DNA of 64,000 nt, from positions 640,001 to 704,000 of the forward strand of contig CAWGXH010000004.1 in assembly GCA_963826525.1 (NCBI GenBank). Direction: 5' to 3'. The notes beneath the pieces are model-generated. The model had not been told where the DNA came from. It made no database searches and was given only the letters and a program-made list of their open reading frames with translations. Position 1 is the first letter of the stretch; each line of letters starts with the position of its first letter. Of this stretch, positions 51,529 to 61,715 are shown piece after piece. The position numbers and the translations under genes are program-made. Source of the stretch: an uncultured Methanomicrobiaceae archaeon. GTDB lineage: Archaea; Halobacteriota; Methanomicrobia; Methanomicrobiales; Methanoculleaceae.

Positions 51529-54483
51529 ATGATTTCGGGTACTGCATGTTGACGACGAGCCCGCACTCCTCGATATTACCAGCCTGTTCCTCGAGAGAAA
51601 TAAAGAAATTACCGTTGAGGTAAGCACATCTGCCGAAGAGGCGCTTCTGATGCTCACGACCCGTCGGTTCGACGTCATCGTATCCGATTACGAGATGCCC
51701 CTGATGAACGGGATAGAGTTTTTAAAGCACCTCAAAGCGCAGGGCAACGATACCCCGTTCATCATCTTCACCGGAAGAGGGCGAGAGCATGTCATCATCG
51801 AGGCACTCAACAACGGCGCGTCGTTCTACCTCCAGAAAGGCGGCGACCCGAAGTCCCAGTTTGCCGAACTGAGACACATGATCGAGCAGGCCGTCGAACG
51901 GAAGAGAATGGATGAGGCTCTCAAGGCAAGTGAGGAGCGCTACCGCGCCGTCGTCGAGAGCCAGACGGAGCTTATCTGCAGGTTCCACCCCGATGGAACC
52001 CTCGTCTTTGCGAACGATGCCTTCTGCCGCTACTACGGCAGGGAGAAATGCACCGGGTTCATCGGCAAACGTTTCTTCCCGAAGATCCCCGCCGAAGAGC
52101 GGGATCTAATCAGGAGAGCACTTCTCGTCCCTGACGCTCGATTCTCCGGTCGGGACTGTCGAGCACCGCGTTCTCATGCCGGACGGCACGACCCGGTGGC
52201 AGCAGTGGAGCGACCGGGCGCTCTTTGACGAGGAGAAGCAGGTCACCGAGTTTCAGTCGGTAGGAAGAGACATAACTGACCGGAAACTCGCTGAAGAAGC
52301 CCTGAAAGAGTCGGAGACGAAGTTCAAGGTTCTCGCCGAAAAATCGCTCGTCGGCGTGTATATCGTCAGGAACGGGGTCTTTACCTATGTCAACCCCCGG
52401 TTTGCCCGTATCTTCGGCTACCGGGTCGACGAGATGGTCGGGAGGATCGGGTTTGACGACCTCACCCTCCCGGACGATCTCCCCATCGTTCAGGAGAGGA
52501 TCCGGAAGATCTCCGGCGAGCAGGACTATCCGCACTTCGAGTTCCGCGGTGTCCGGAGAGACGGCGAGGTGATCACCCTCGAGGTCTACGGGTCGGAAAC
52601 CGCTATCCAGGGTACCCGGGGAATCATCGGGACGCTCCTTGACATCTCCGACCGGAAGAAGATGGAAGTCTCCCTAAAAGAGAAGGTCAACTACGTCCAG
52701 GCGCTGATGGACACCATTCCGGCGCCGGTCTTCTACCGCGACACCGATGGGATCTACCAGGACTGCAACCGCGCCTTCGAGGAACTCGTCGGTCTTCCGA
52801 AGGAGGAGATCATCGGAAAGACAATCCACTACTTCTTCCCGAAGGAGTACGCCGACATCTACAAAGAGAAGGACAACCTCATCATCAGCCATCCGCATAT
52901 CCAGCGCTACGAGTTCGCCATCACCGACGCCCGGGGAGCCGTTCACGACGTTCTCTTCTCAAAGACCGCTCTCTTCAGGGCGGACGGGGGCGTCGGCGGG
53001 ATCGTCGGTGCGATCCTCGACATCTCGGACCGGAAGAAGATGGAGGTCTCCCTAAAAGAGAAGGTCAACTACGTCCAGGCGCTGATGGATACCATTCCGG
53101 CCCCCGTCTTCTACCGCGACACCGATGGGATCTACCAGGACTGCAACCGCGCCTTCGAGGAACTCGTCAGGTCTTCCGAAGGCAGAGATCATCGGAAAGA
53201 CTATCTGGGACTTCTTCCCGAAGTTCTACGCCGACCACTACAAGCACAAGGATGACCTGATCATCGAGCACCCCCACGTCCAGCGCTACGAGTTCGAGCT
53301 CCAGAATACCCGGGGCGAGAAGTCCGATGTTCTCTTCTCAAAGACCGCCCTCTTCCGGGCTGACGGGAGCATCGCCGGGATCGTCGGCGTCATCATGGAC
53401 ATCTCCGACCGGAAGAAGATGGAGAAGGCGCTCCGGGAGAGCGAAGAGAAATTCCGGACGCTGGCCGACTTCACCTACGACTGGGAGTCCTGGCTCGGGC
53501 CTGAAGGGAACTACCTCTATGTCTCGCCTTCGTGCGAACGGATCACCGGGTATGCCGCAGAAGAGTTCCTCGCCGATCCCCACCTGACCGAGAAGATCAC
53601 CTATCCCGGAGATCAGGCGATGGTGGCACACCACTACAACGAGGTCTGGAAGACGAGCGACAGAGTGCACCATCTGGACTTCCGGATCGTCACGCCCGGC
53701 GGGGAGACCCGCTGGATCAGCCACTACTGCCAGCCGGTCTACCACGACGACGGGAGCTGGTTCGGCCGCCGTGAGAACAAGCGGGACATCACTCACCGGA
53801 AGGTCGTGGAAGAGGCGCTCCAGCAGGCAAACCGGAAGTTAAACCTCCTCTCCAGCGTCACCCGCCACGACGTCCTCAACCAGCTCACCGCGCTTGCAGG
53901 CTACCTCGAGCTTGCGAAGGATTACGTCGCCGATCCGTTCTTCTTCGAGATGATCGAGAAGGCAGATCTTGCCACCGACACCATCAGGCACCAGATCACC
54001 TTCACCAAGGACTACCAGGATATCGGTGTCCACACCCCGACGTGGCAGAACCTGAACGCGGTGGTGGAGAAGACGGCAGCCATCCGGAGCGCCGGGGCCG
54101 ACGTCTCGATAGCGGCGGATTTCGCCTCTTTAGAGATCTACGCCGACCCGCTCCTCCAGAAGGTCTTCTCAAATCTCCTCGATAACACAGCGAGGCACAG
54201 CGGCAGCGTCAGCAGAATTACATTCTCGTCGTCGGAGTCGGACGAAGGCTTAACGCTTGTCTGCGAAGACGACGGGGTCGGGATTCCCGAGACGGAGAAA
54301 GGCCGGATATTCGAGCGGGGCAGGGGACGAAACACCGGATACGGCCTCTTCCTTGCGCAGGAGATCCTCTCCATCACCGGGCTTTCCATCAGGGAGACCG
54401 GAGTGCCGGGAAGCGGAGCCCGGTTCGAGATCCAGGTCCCACGGGGTGCATACCGGTTCACTGCCGGAAACAGTACCGGCTGA
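51529..54483 (+). CDS. Hybrid sensor kinase: receiver, multiple PAS, histidine kinase (frameshifts near 51538, 52116, 53169)
   Basis: (V)LHVDDE, IVSDYEMP, PAS repeats, TRHDVLNQL H-box, NLLDN, DDGVG, GYGLF. Confidence 0.88.
52641..53397 (+). repeat. 378-bp tandem duplication of one PAS/PAC module
   Basis: GACATCTCSGACCGGAAGAAGATGGA at 52641, 53019 and 53398; first ~150 nt of the two copies nearly identical. Confidence 0.9.
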
Positions 54484-54627
54484 GAGCCATCGCCGGATTT
54501 CCCGAAGAAGAGAGCGCTCCCGAATGTAATGCGGATGGCCCGACTGCAGAGCCCCGATAGCAATTCATAACGCTGGTATAGGAGGAGACTACAAACCACT
54601 GATACCAAGACCGGGACTGAACCATTC

Positions 54628-56340
54628 GTGCCGCAGAAACCACAAAACCTCGTTTACGGAGTTGAGGATGCACTCCCGCTCCCAACCGCGCTGCTGCTCG
54701 GGCTGCAGCATATCTTCGTGATGTCTACGGCGTTCATATTTCCGGTCGTCATCGTCAGGAGCTTTGGCGGAACTGCCGAAGAGGCCGCTTTCATGGTCAC
54801 CATGTCCATTCTCGCGGGCGGTGTCGGGACGATTCTCCAGGCGCTCCGAAGAGGAGGCATGGGCTCGGGGTATCTCTGCCCGGCGGTCTGCGGGCCGTCG
54901 TACCTCTCCGCATCGCTCCTCGCGGCGCAGACCGGAGGGCTCCCGCTCGTCTACGGCATGACGGCAGTCGCCGGTCTCTTCGAGGTCTTCTTCTCCCGGC
55001 TCATGCACCGTCTGCGCGTCCTGTTTCCCGCCGAGGTCACCGGGGTCGTCGTCGCCCTCGTCGGTATTGCCGTTATCCCGGTAGCAGTCCCGAACTTCCT
55101 CGGGATAACACCGGGAGATAGCGTAACCGAGGCACTCGAACTGCTCGTCGCGGGAGTCACCCTCGGAACGATGGTCGCGATAAGCGTCTGGAGCAGGGGA
55201 AAACTCCGCCTCTACTCGGTTCTTATCGGTATCGCCGTCGGATATATCATCGCTGCCGCAACCGGCATCCTCGGCGGGGCGGAGATCGCGAGGATACTGG
55301 ATGCACCCCTTGTCGCATTCCCCGACCTCAGCCACCTCGGGTGGTCGTTCGATGCAGCCCTGCTCATTCCCTTCATCATCGCCATCCTCTGCTCGTCCTT
55401 AAAGTCCATCGGCGATCTGACGACCTGCCAGAAGATCAACGACACCGACTGGAAACGGCCCGATATGCGGAACATCGGCGGCGGCATTCTTGCGGACGGC
55501 TCTTCGGCGCTCTTTTCCGGTCTCGTGGGCGGGATGGGGCAGTCGACCTCCTCAAGCAACGTCGGACTCTCTGTCGGCACCGGCGCTACCAGCAGGGTAA
55601 TCGCCTTTGCCGCAGGCGCTCTCCTCATTGTGCTGACGTTCTTTCCGAAACTGGCATCAGTCTTCGTCATTATGCCCGCACCCATCATGGGGGCAGGGCT
55701 CGTCTTTGTCGCCGCATTCATGATCGTCAACGGGCTGCAGATCATTATGTCCCGGATGATGGATACGCGAAAGACCTTTGTTATCGGGTTCGCGTTCATC
55801 TTCGGCCTCTCGGTCGACATCTTCCCGGATTACTTCATTGGTCTTCCCGCATCGGTGCAGCCCATCTTCAGCTCGTCGCTCGCCCTCGGAACCGCCACGG
55901 CACTCATACTAAACCTCATCTTCCGAATCGGGATTGCGCGGCGGAAAACACTGTTCTTCGAACCCGGCACCGACTTCTCGGGTACGATCTTCTCGTTCTT
56001 CGAGGCGATGGGGGGCACCTGGGGTGCCCGCACAGAGGTGATCCAGCGCGCCAAGTCAGCGGTAAGCGAGTGTATTGAGGCGATCCTCTTCCTTGGGATG
56101 ACCCGGGAGACGGTCCGGGCCGATATCGCATTCGAGGAGGATTCCCTCGATATCGATATCACATACCACGGAAAACCGCTCGACCTCTCGACCGGGGGGG
56201 CTCCCACCGATACCGACCTCCTCGAAGACGAGAACGCCCTCGCCCGACTTTCTGCATTCCTGATCCGAAAGTACGCGGATACGGTCACCACGGACTTCCG
56301 GGACGGCGAGTGTCGGATCAGGCTGCACTTCGATCACTGA
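54628..56340 (+). CDS. NCS2 (xanthine/uracil/SLC23) permease with C-terminal RsbW/HATPase-like domain
   Basis: GLQH, FPAEVTG, SNVGLSVGTGATSR, FPKLA, MPAPIMG; ~130-aa soluble tail (AVSECIE...ITYHGKPL...LSAFLIRKYAD). Confidence 0.88.
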   Translation: MPQKPQNLVYGVEDALPLPTALLLGLQHIFVMSTAFIFPVVIVRSFGGTAEEAAFMVTMSILAGGVGTILQALRRGGMGSGYLCPAVCGPSYLSASLLAAQTGGLPLVYGMTAVAGLFEVFFSRLMHRLRVLFPAEVTGVVVALVGIAVIPVAVPNFLGITPGDSVTEALELLVAGVTLGTMVAISVWSRGKLRLYSVLIGIAVGYIIAAATGILGGAEIARILDAPLVAFPDLSHLGWSFDAALLIPFIIAILCSSLKSIGDLTTCQKINDTDWKRPDMRNIGGGILADGSSALFSGLVGGMGQSTSSSNVGLSVGTGATSRVIAFAAGALLIVLTFFPKLASVFVIMPAPIMGAGLVFVAAFMIVNGLQIIMSRMMDTRKTFVIGFAFIFGLSVDIFPDYFIGLPASVQPIFSSSLALGTATALILNLIFRIGIARRKTLFFEPGTDFSGTIFSFFEAMGGTWGARTEVIQRAKSAVSECIEAILFLGMTRETVRADIAFEEDSLDIDITYHGKPLDLSTGGAPTDTDLLEDENALARLSAFLIRKYADTVTTDFRDGECRIRLHFDH

Positions 56341-56397
56341 TACCCTGCGGTGATGAAAGTAAAAGCCTATCTAGCCACGGAGCAAACCATCAGTTGA

Positions 56398-56832
56398 ATG
56401 AGCGGGAATCTGGAGATCACCGAACGGCATGAAGCAGGTGTTGCTATCGTCTCCCTGAAAGGGAGGCTGGACGCCGCATCGAGTCAGGTAGCAGAGCAGC
56501 GGATGAACGGGCTGATCGATGCAGGAAACGGGTCGATCCTGGTCAATCTATCAGGCCTCGATTATATCAGCAGTTCGGGCTTGCGGGTGCTGCTCGCCTC
56601 GTTAAAGCGGCTGAAGAAGACCGGCGGGAACCTCCGCCTCGCGGAGCCGAAACCTGCGGTCAAGGATGTCTTCACCATGGCGGGCTTCCACCGGATCTTC
56701 ACCATCCACGACGATGAGGCATCAGCACTGAACGGCTTTACCACGGAAATCCTGAACCGGCCGACGCCACCACCGGAAGATCCAGCATGGCATCGACACT
56801 CACCGACCTCTCCTTCATCCTCCTCCAGATGA
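56398..56832 (+). CDS. STAS anti-anti-sigma-type protein (RsbV-like); true stop may be near 56755
   Basis: LKGRLDA, LDYISSSGLRVLL (phospho-Ser motif), VKDVFTMAG. Confidence 0.9.
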   Translation: MSGNLEITERHEAGVAIVSLKGRLDAASSQVAEQRMNGLIDAGNGSILVNLSGLDYISSSGLRVLLASLKRLKKTGGNLRLAEPKPAVKDVFTMAGFHRIFTIHDDEASALNGFTTEILNRPTPPPEDPAWHRHSPTSPSSSSR

Positions 56833-58151
56833 TCTGCGTCATCGTGGTGATCGCCTACCTGATCACCAGGAGCGGGGCGTTCACCGAGATCCTCGATAAG
56901 ACGTTCACCTGGAAGAATCAGGCAATTCTCATCCTCGTCTTCGGCGCCATCTCGATCTACGGGACCGAGAGCGGTGTCGATATCATGGGCGCCGTCATCA
57001 ACGTCCGCGACCTTGGCCCCATGGTCGGTGGGCTCGCCGCAGGGCCTGTCGTCGGCCTCGGCGCCGGCCTTATCGGCGGCGCGTACCGGGCGACGCTCGA
57101 CGGGTTTACGGTCGTTCCCTGTGTGCTGGCCACCATCCTTGCCGGAGTTTTCGGCGGCACGATATATCTCCTGAATAAACGCAATTTTATCGGAGCGCAG
57201 GGTGCCATCCTCTTTGCCGTGGGGATGGAGTCGCTCCACATGGGGCTTGTCCTCGTCATCTGCCGGCCGTTCGAACAAGCCTTGAGTATCGTCGAGCAGG
57301 TGGCCTTCCCGATGATCCTCGCCAACGCCGCCGGGATCTTCATCTTCGCCTTCATCATCGGCAACCTGATCACCGAACGGCAGACGAAGGCGGAGCGGGA
57401 CTCGTACTTCTCCGAGCTCGAGCGGAAACGTGCCGAGCTGCAGATCGCCCGGGATATCCAGATGAGTTTTCTGCCCGAGAAACTCCCTCGCATACCCGCA
57501 TACGACCTCGCGGCAATGAGCCTTCCGGCAAAAGAGGTCGGCGGCGACTTCTACGATGCCATCCCGCTCCCGGACGAGCGGCTCGGGATCGTCATGGCGG
57601 ACGTCTCGGGGAAGGGTGTCCCCGCCGCCCTCTTCATGGCGCTCTCGCGGACGGTCGTGCGTGCCCACGCCCGGCACAGCGGGGCAAAGGACGCCATCCG
57701 GGACGCGAATATCCTCATCGCGGAGGATTCGAAATCAGGGATGTTCGTTACCCTCTTCTACGGCGTCGTCGATGCGGCACGACTGACGATGACCTACGTC
57801 AACGCCGGGCACAACCCCCCCATGCTCTTCCGGGGAGACGGCGAGCCGCGGGAGCTGAAAGCGACCGGGATCATCCTCGGGGTGATGGACGACGCCGAGT
57901 ACGAAGAGCGGACGGTCGACCTCGCAGGCGGCGATCTGCTGCTCCTCTACACCGACGGCGTGACCGAGGCGATCAACCCGGAGGAGGAGCAGTTCGGGGA
58001 AGAGAGGCTGATCGCCACCGTGCAGGAGTACCGGCACCTCCCCTCAAACGAGATCGTCGAACGGATACAGCAGGCGGTCTTCGCCTTCTGCGGACGTGAA
58101 CCACAGTTCGACGACCTGACGCTGATGGTGCTGAAGGTGAACGGCCCATGA
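56787..58151 (+). CDS. 5TMR-LYT (LytS-type) sensor fused to SpoIIE/RsbU PP2C phosphatase
   Basis: FGAISIYGT...NVRDLGPMVGGLAAGP; EVGGDFYD, DVSGKG, NAGHNPP, YTDGVTEA, DDLT. Confidence 0.92.
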   Translation: MASTLTDLSFILLQMICVIVVIAYLITRSGAFTEILDKTFTWKNQAILILVFGAISIYGTESGVDIMGAVINVRDLGPMVGGLAAGPVVGLGAGLIGGAYRATLDGFTVVPCVLATILAGVFGGTIYLLNKRNFIGAQGAILFAVGMESLHMGLVLVICRPFEQALSIVEQVAFPMILANAAGIFIFAFIIGNLITERQTKAERDSYFSELERKRAELQIARDIQMSFLPEKLPRIPAYDLAAMSLPAKEVGGDFYDAIPLPDERLGIVMADVSGKGVPAALFMALSRTVVRAHARHSGAKDAIRDANILIAEDSKSGMFVTLFYGVVDAARLTMTYVNAGHNPPMLFRGDGEPRELKATGIILGVMDDAEYEERTVDLAGGDLLLLYTDGVTEAINPEEEQFGEERLIATVQEYRHLPSNEIVERIQQAVFAFCGREPQFDDLTLMVLKVNGP

Positions 58152-58576
58152 CGCTCTCTGCTGTACTCACCGTCCCGGCAGTGCTCGAGAATCTCTCGGT
58201 GATCGCCGGGTTCCTCGAAGCGACCCTGGAGGATGCCGGGTGCTCCGCCGAAACGCTCTTTGCCGTGCAGCTCGCGGTCGACGAGGCCTGCAGCAACACG
58301 ATCCTCTACGGCTACCCGACAGGAGACGCAGGCGAGATTACGATCACCTGCGAGATCGAGGCTGGAGAGGTCCGGGTGGCGCTCGCCGACGACGGCCGGG
58401 CATTCAACCCGCTCAACGCCCGCGAACCGGATCTGACTGCCGGACTTGAAGAGCGGAAGATCGGCGGGCTCGGGGTCCACTTTATCAAAAGTGTCATGGA
58501 TAGCGTCGCCTACGAATTTTCAGAAGGAAAGAACGTGCTCCTGCTCGTAAAAATCGCGTCTCCGACGGAAGAGTGA
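58148..58576 (+). CDS. RsbW-like anti-sigma Ser kinase (HATPase_c_2)
   Basis: LAVDEACSNTILYGY, DDGRAFNP, GGLGVHFI; ATGA-type overlap with the phosphatase gene. Confidence 0.92.
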   Translation: MTLSAVLTVPAVLENLSVIAGFLEATLEDAGCSAETLFAVQLAVDEACSNTILYGYPTGDAGEITITCEIEAGEVRVALADDGRAFNPLNAREPDLTAGLEERKIGGLGVHFIKSVMDSVAYEFSEGKNVLLLVKIASPTEE

Positions 58577-58582
58577 CCCGTA

Positions 58583-60064
58583 TCACCGGGACGCGAGTTT
58601 CAGCCGCACCAGAATCGCAGTGCCTGCCGCCGGGTTGCCCGGAACTCTATTCTCCGCCCGTATCTCTCCGTCGTAACGTTCCACGAGCATTCTGCTGATG
58701 TAGAGGCCAAGGCCGCTGCCCGGCTCTCTGCTCTCGCCCCGCTCGAAGCGGTTGAAGACCGCATCCTTCAACGGATCGGGGATACCGGGGCCAGTGTCCC
58801 CTACGGTGACGGCGACGCCGCCGTCCCGTTCCTCCACCCCGATGGTGATAGCGACATCGGCCCCCCCGAACTTGAGGGCGTTCCCAATGAGGTTTCCGAA
58901 GACCTCCGGGAGGAGATCGTCGGCCCAGACAGTCGCCGCCGTCCCCGCATACCGGACGAGCGCACCGGGATAATGACCGATCGCAGTTCGTATCGCGGCA
59001 TCGAGGCTTACCGGCCGGAGCCTGGCGTCCGGGTCGCGGAGGGAGCGGAGTCGGCTGACACCGGCGATAATAGCCGAGCTCTGCCCGATCCCCGCATGGA
59101 TGCGCCGCACGTACTCCCGCTCCGTATCGTCGGCAAGTTCCTCGAGCATCTCCGCATATCCGAGGGCAACGGCGTTGGCGTTGTTGATATCATGGATCAT
59201 GAGATCGAGGTAGAGGTTTGCCTCGCGGGAAGCTGCCTCCAGCCGTTCCTGGAGCATGGCCCGGGAGATAACTCCTCCCACCTCCTCACCGATCGCCTCA
59301 AGGGTACTCTTTTCAAGGTCGGTGAACCGATGGAAACTGCTGCTTGCTATGTGGATCGATCCGATGACCTTCCCCCCGATGGTGACCGGAATGCTCGCAA
59401 GCGAGAAGACCCCGAGCTCGCCGCACTCGTGGGCGACGTTGAGGTATTTTTCGGTATAGCAGCATTGCCCCTCGAGGAAGACCTCGCGGTAGTGGGAGGT
59501 GCAGATCTCCAGAGTGAGTACGTCCGGGAAGTAGAGGTCGTAGAGACCGAAGAACGCCTTCAGATCTGCACGTTTGAGCCGCGGATCGACAAGGTATACG
59601 GCGCCCGCGTCAAAGTCCATCAGCTCGACGGTCTGCTGCAGCACCGTCTGCAGAATCTCCCCCGACGCCATCGACGAGGCGCTCGCACGCATGATCCGGT
59701 TGATGATGGCGATCCGCCGGTTGCAGGATCGGATCTCCTCCTCCGCGCCGGCGGCGGGGGCGGTTCCCGTAATGGTGAGGAGAAGATGCCTCCCCTGCCC
59801 GCCCGGGGCCTCGGGGAAAGCACGTGCCTCGACCGCATACGTCTGCAGATCGCCCGTACTGTCCCTGCAGGAGACGGTATGATACCCCTCCCGGAGGTCT
59901 CCGTCACGTACTGCCCGGATCATCTCGTCCTTATTCCCCGGAAAGAGCAGATCCAGAGCGCGGTTTGCAAAGACCGGCCTGCCGGTATCGTCAAGGATCA
60001 GCACCGGGACGGCGAGCCTTCCGAGAGCCTCAAGCGGGTCGAACAGCAGCGTGGGATCGGTCAT
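58583..60064 (-). CDS. PAS-GAF sensor histidine kinase
   Basis: GAF domain; LMIHDINN H-box, NLIGNALKF, DTGPG, GSGLGL. Confidence 0.9.
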   Translation of the reverse strand: MTDPTLLFDPLEALGRLAVPVLILDDTGRPVFANRALDLLFPGNKDEMIRAVRDGDLREGYHTVSCRDSTGDLQTYAVEARAFPEAPGGQGRHLLLTITGTAPAAGAEEEIRSCNRRIAIINRIMRASASSMASGEILQTVLQQTVELMDFDAGAVYLVDPRLKRADLKAFFGLYDLYFPDVLTLEICTSHYREVFLEGQCCYTEKYLNVAHECGELGVFSLASIPVTIGGKVIGSIHIASSSFHRFTDLEKSTLEAIGEEVGGVISRAMLQERLEAASREANLYLDLMIHDINNANAVALGYAEMLEELADDTEREYVRRIHAGIGQSSAIIAGVSRLRSLRDPDARLRPVSLDAAIRTAIGHYPGALVRYAGTAATVWADDLLPEVFGNLIGNALKFGGADVAITIGVEERDGGVAVTVGDTGPGIPDPLKDAVFNRFERGESREPGSGLGLYISRMLVERYDGEIRAENRVPGNPAAGTAILVRLKLASR

Positions 60065-60223
60065 GCCGGAGAGATGTTCGGCCTGATCCGCGAAATGCTT
60101 ATCTATAGACGTATCTCCACAGGAGACCGGATAGAATCGGAATAACGGCAATATCAGAGGTTCCCGGAAATCGCAACGATAATTAGATACCTTTTTTCAC
60201 ACGGAATACGATAGTTGCCTCAT

Positions 60224-60855
60224 ATGCAGATCAGAGGCATCTTACTTATCGCCGGTATCCTGATCGCCGCCATGGCGATCGCAGGATGCACGGGAACCGT
60301 AGAGCAGCCGCAGGAAACCCCGACGGCGACGCCCACACCCGAACCGACCGCCGCGGCGCCCACGCCGACACCGGAGCCGGAACCGTATCCGGACGCCCTT
60401 GCCGTGGGCGAGTTCTACCGCTACGGCACGAACGAGACCGCACGCGAGGTCACCGTCGACCACTACGTGCTGCAGGACTCATACCAGTTTTACCATCCCG
60501 ACTGGGGAATGACGGAAGACAACCAAATTGCCCGCCGAAGGGAACCAGTTCCTCTTCGTCTTCCTGAAGGTGAGGCATGCGGGTACCGCAAAGGAGCTCA
60601 TACACACCGTATCCGGGCAGCATCTACGCCGTCGCCGACGGTGTCTCCTACTCCCCCCGTGCGGACCGCGCCGAATCCGTCACCACGGTGGCGGACGTTC
60701 GCGGCGTTGAGGACTACACGTTCCAGAAGATCTACAAGACGCAGACCATCGACGGATTCCTGATCTACGAGATTCCGGCGTCGGTGACCGCCGAGGATGT
60801 ATACGTCGCGATGAACCTCGGCAACGACGAGGTGGCGGCCTTCAACCTCGCCTAG
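60224..60855 (+). CDS. Lipoprotein, DUF4352-like (frameshifts near 60530 and 60600)
   Basis: Lipobox IAGC, Pro/Thr linker, GNQFLFVFLKV...DGFLIYEIP. Confidence 0.7.
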
Positions 60856-61679
60856 GCGAGGGGCGAGTCCAGCGCCGCCGGAAGATCCTCTTTTTTCATC
60901 ACCACGACCGCCGACTCTTCCAGCATCAGGTTCACGCATTCGTGGTGCCCTGCCATCCGGAAGTCCGTGCGGAGGGCTACTACCGGTTTCCCGAGCGCGT
61001 AGGCATATCCCATCTCCCAAGAAGTCCCGGAATCCGCATCCGCGCCGTCGCAGACCGCGACGACGATATCAGCCTCCCGGAGCGCCAGGACGTGCCGGTC
61101 GAAGATGGCACGGTGCTCGTCCCTGCCCCGGCAGGAACTGTTGTCGCCGACCTCCTGCGGGAGGTAGACGTCGAAGAGGTGCCGGGTGAGGAGATTGGAG
61201 AGCACCCGGTTGTAGGCGAGCTCCGCTTCGGTGAAGAGCGGGCCTGCGAGATAGATCCGGTAGCGGGCGAAGGTCTTCACGTCGAACGCCCGGATATCGG
61301 GAAACCGTGCCAGGAACGTACCGCGTCCCGGCTGCTTCTCGGCCGAGTAGTAGGTGGCGGTCACCCCGCAGGTCGGCGACGAGTCCACACCGACGATGCA
61401 GAGCGGTTCTCCCCGCTCGCGGATGGTTTCCCTGACCTGCTCTGCAAGGTCGTCCTGGAGCGCCTCGAACGCCGGCGTCGCGAGGCGATTGAGGTACGAC
61501 CCCGGGGAGCGGTCGGCACCGAGGTAGATCGACTCCGGGCAGGGAAGAGCAACGACCTCGATGCCGAACTTCCTGCACCGTTCAAGAGCGCGGTCGAACC
61601 ACCGGAGGTCCTCTTCGGTCGTAATACCCCGGGCGCGGCAGGCCGGGCTCTGAATACAGGGGCTAGCGAGCACGTACAT
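60852..61679 (-). CDS. DUF523/TudS-like Fe-S domain fused to nucleoside 2-deoxyribosyltransferase domain
   Basis: SPCI, LPCPE, SSPTCG; then RIYLAGPLF, DGADADSGTSWEMGYAYALGKPV. Confidence 0.85.
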   Translation of the reverse strand: MYVLASPCIQSPACRARGITTEEDLRWFDRALERCRKFGIEVVALPCPESIYLGADRSPGSYLNRLATPAFEALQDDLAEQVRETIRERGEPLCIVGVDSSPTCGVTATYYSAEKQPGRGTFLARFPDIRAFDVKTFARYRIYLAGPLFTEAELAYNRVLSNLLTRHLFDVYLPQEVGDNSSCRGRDEHRAIFDRHVLALREADIVVAVCDGADADSGTSWEMGYAYALGKPVVALRTDFRMAGHHECVNLMLEESAVVVMKKEDLPAALDSPLA

Positions 61680-61715
61680 TGATAGGAGATGGGCTTTCAG
61701 ATCATAACAAGACCG

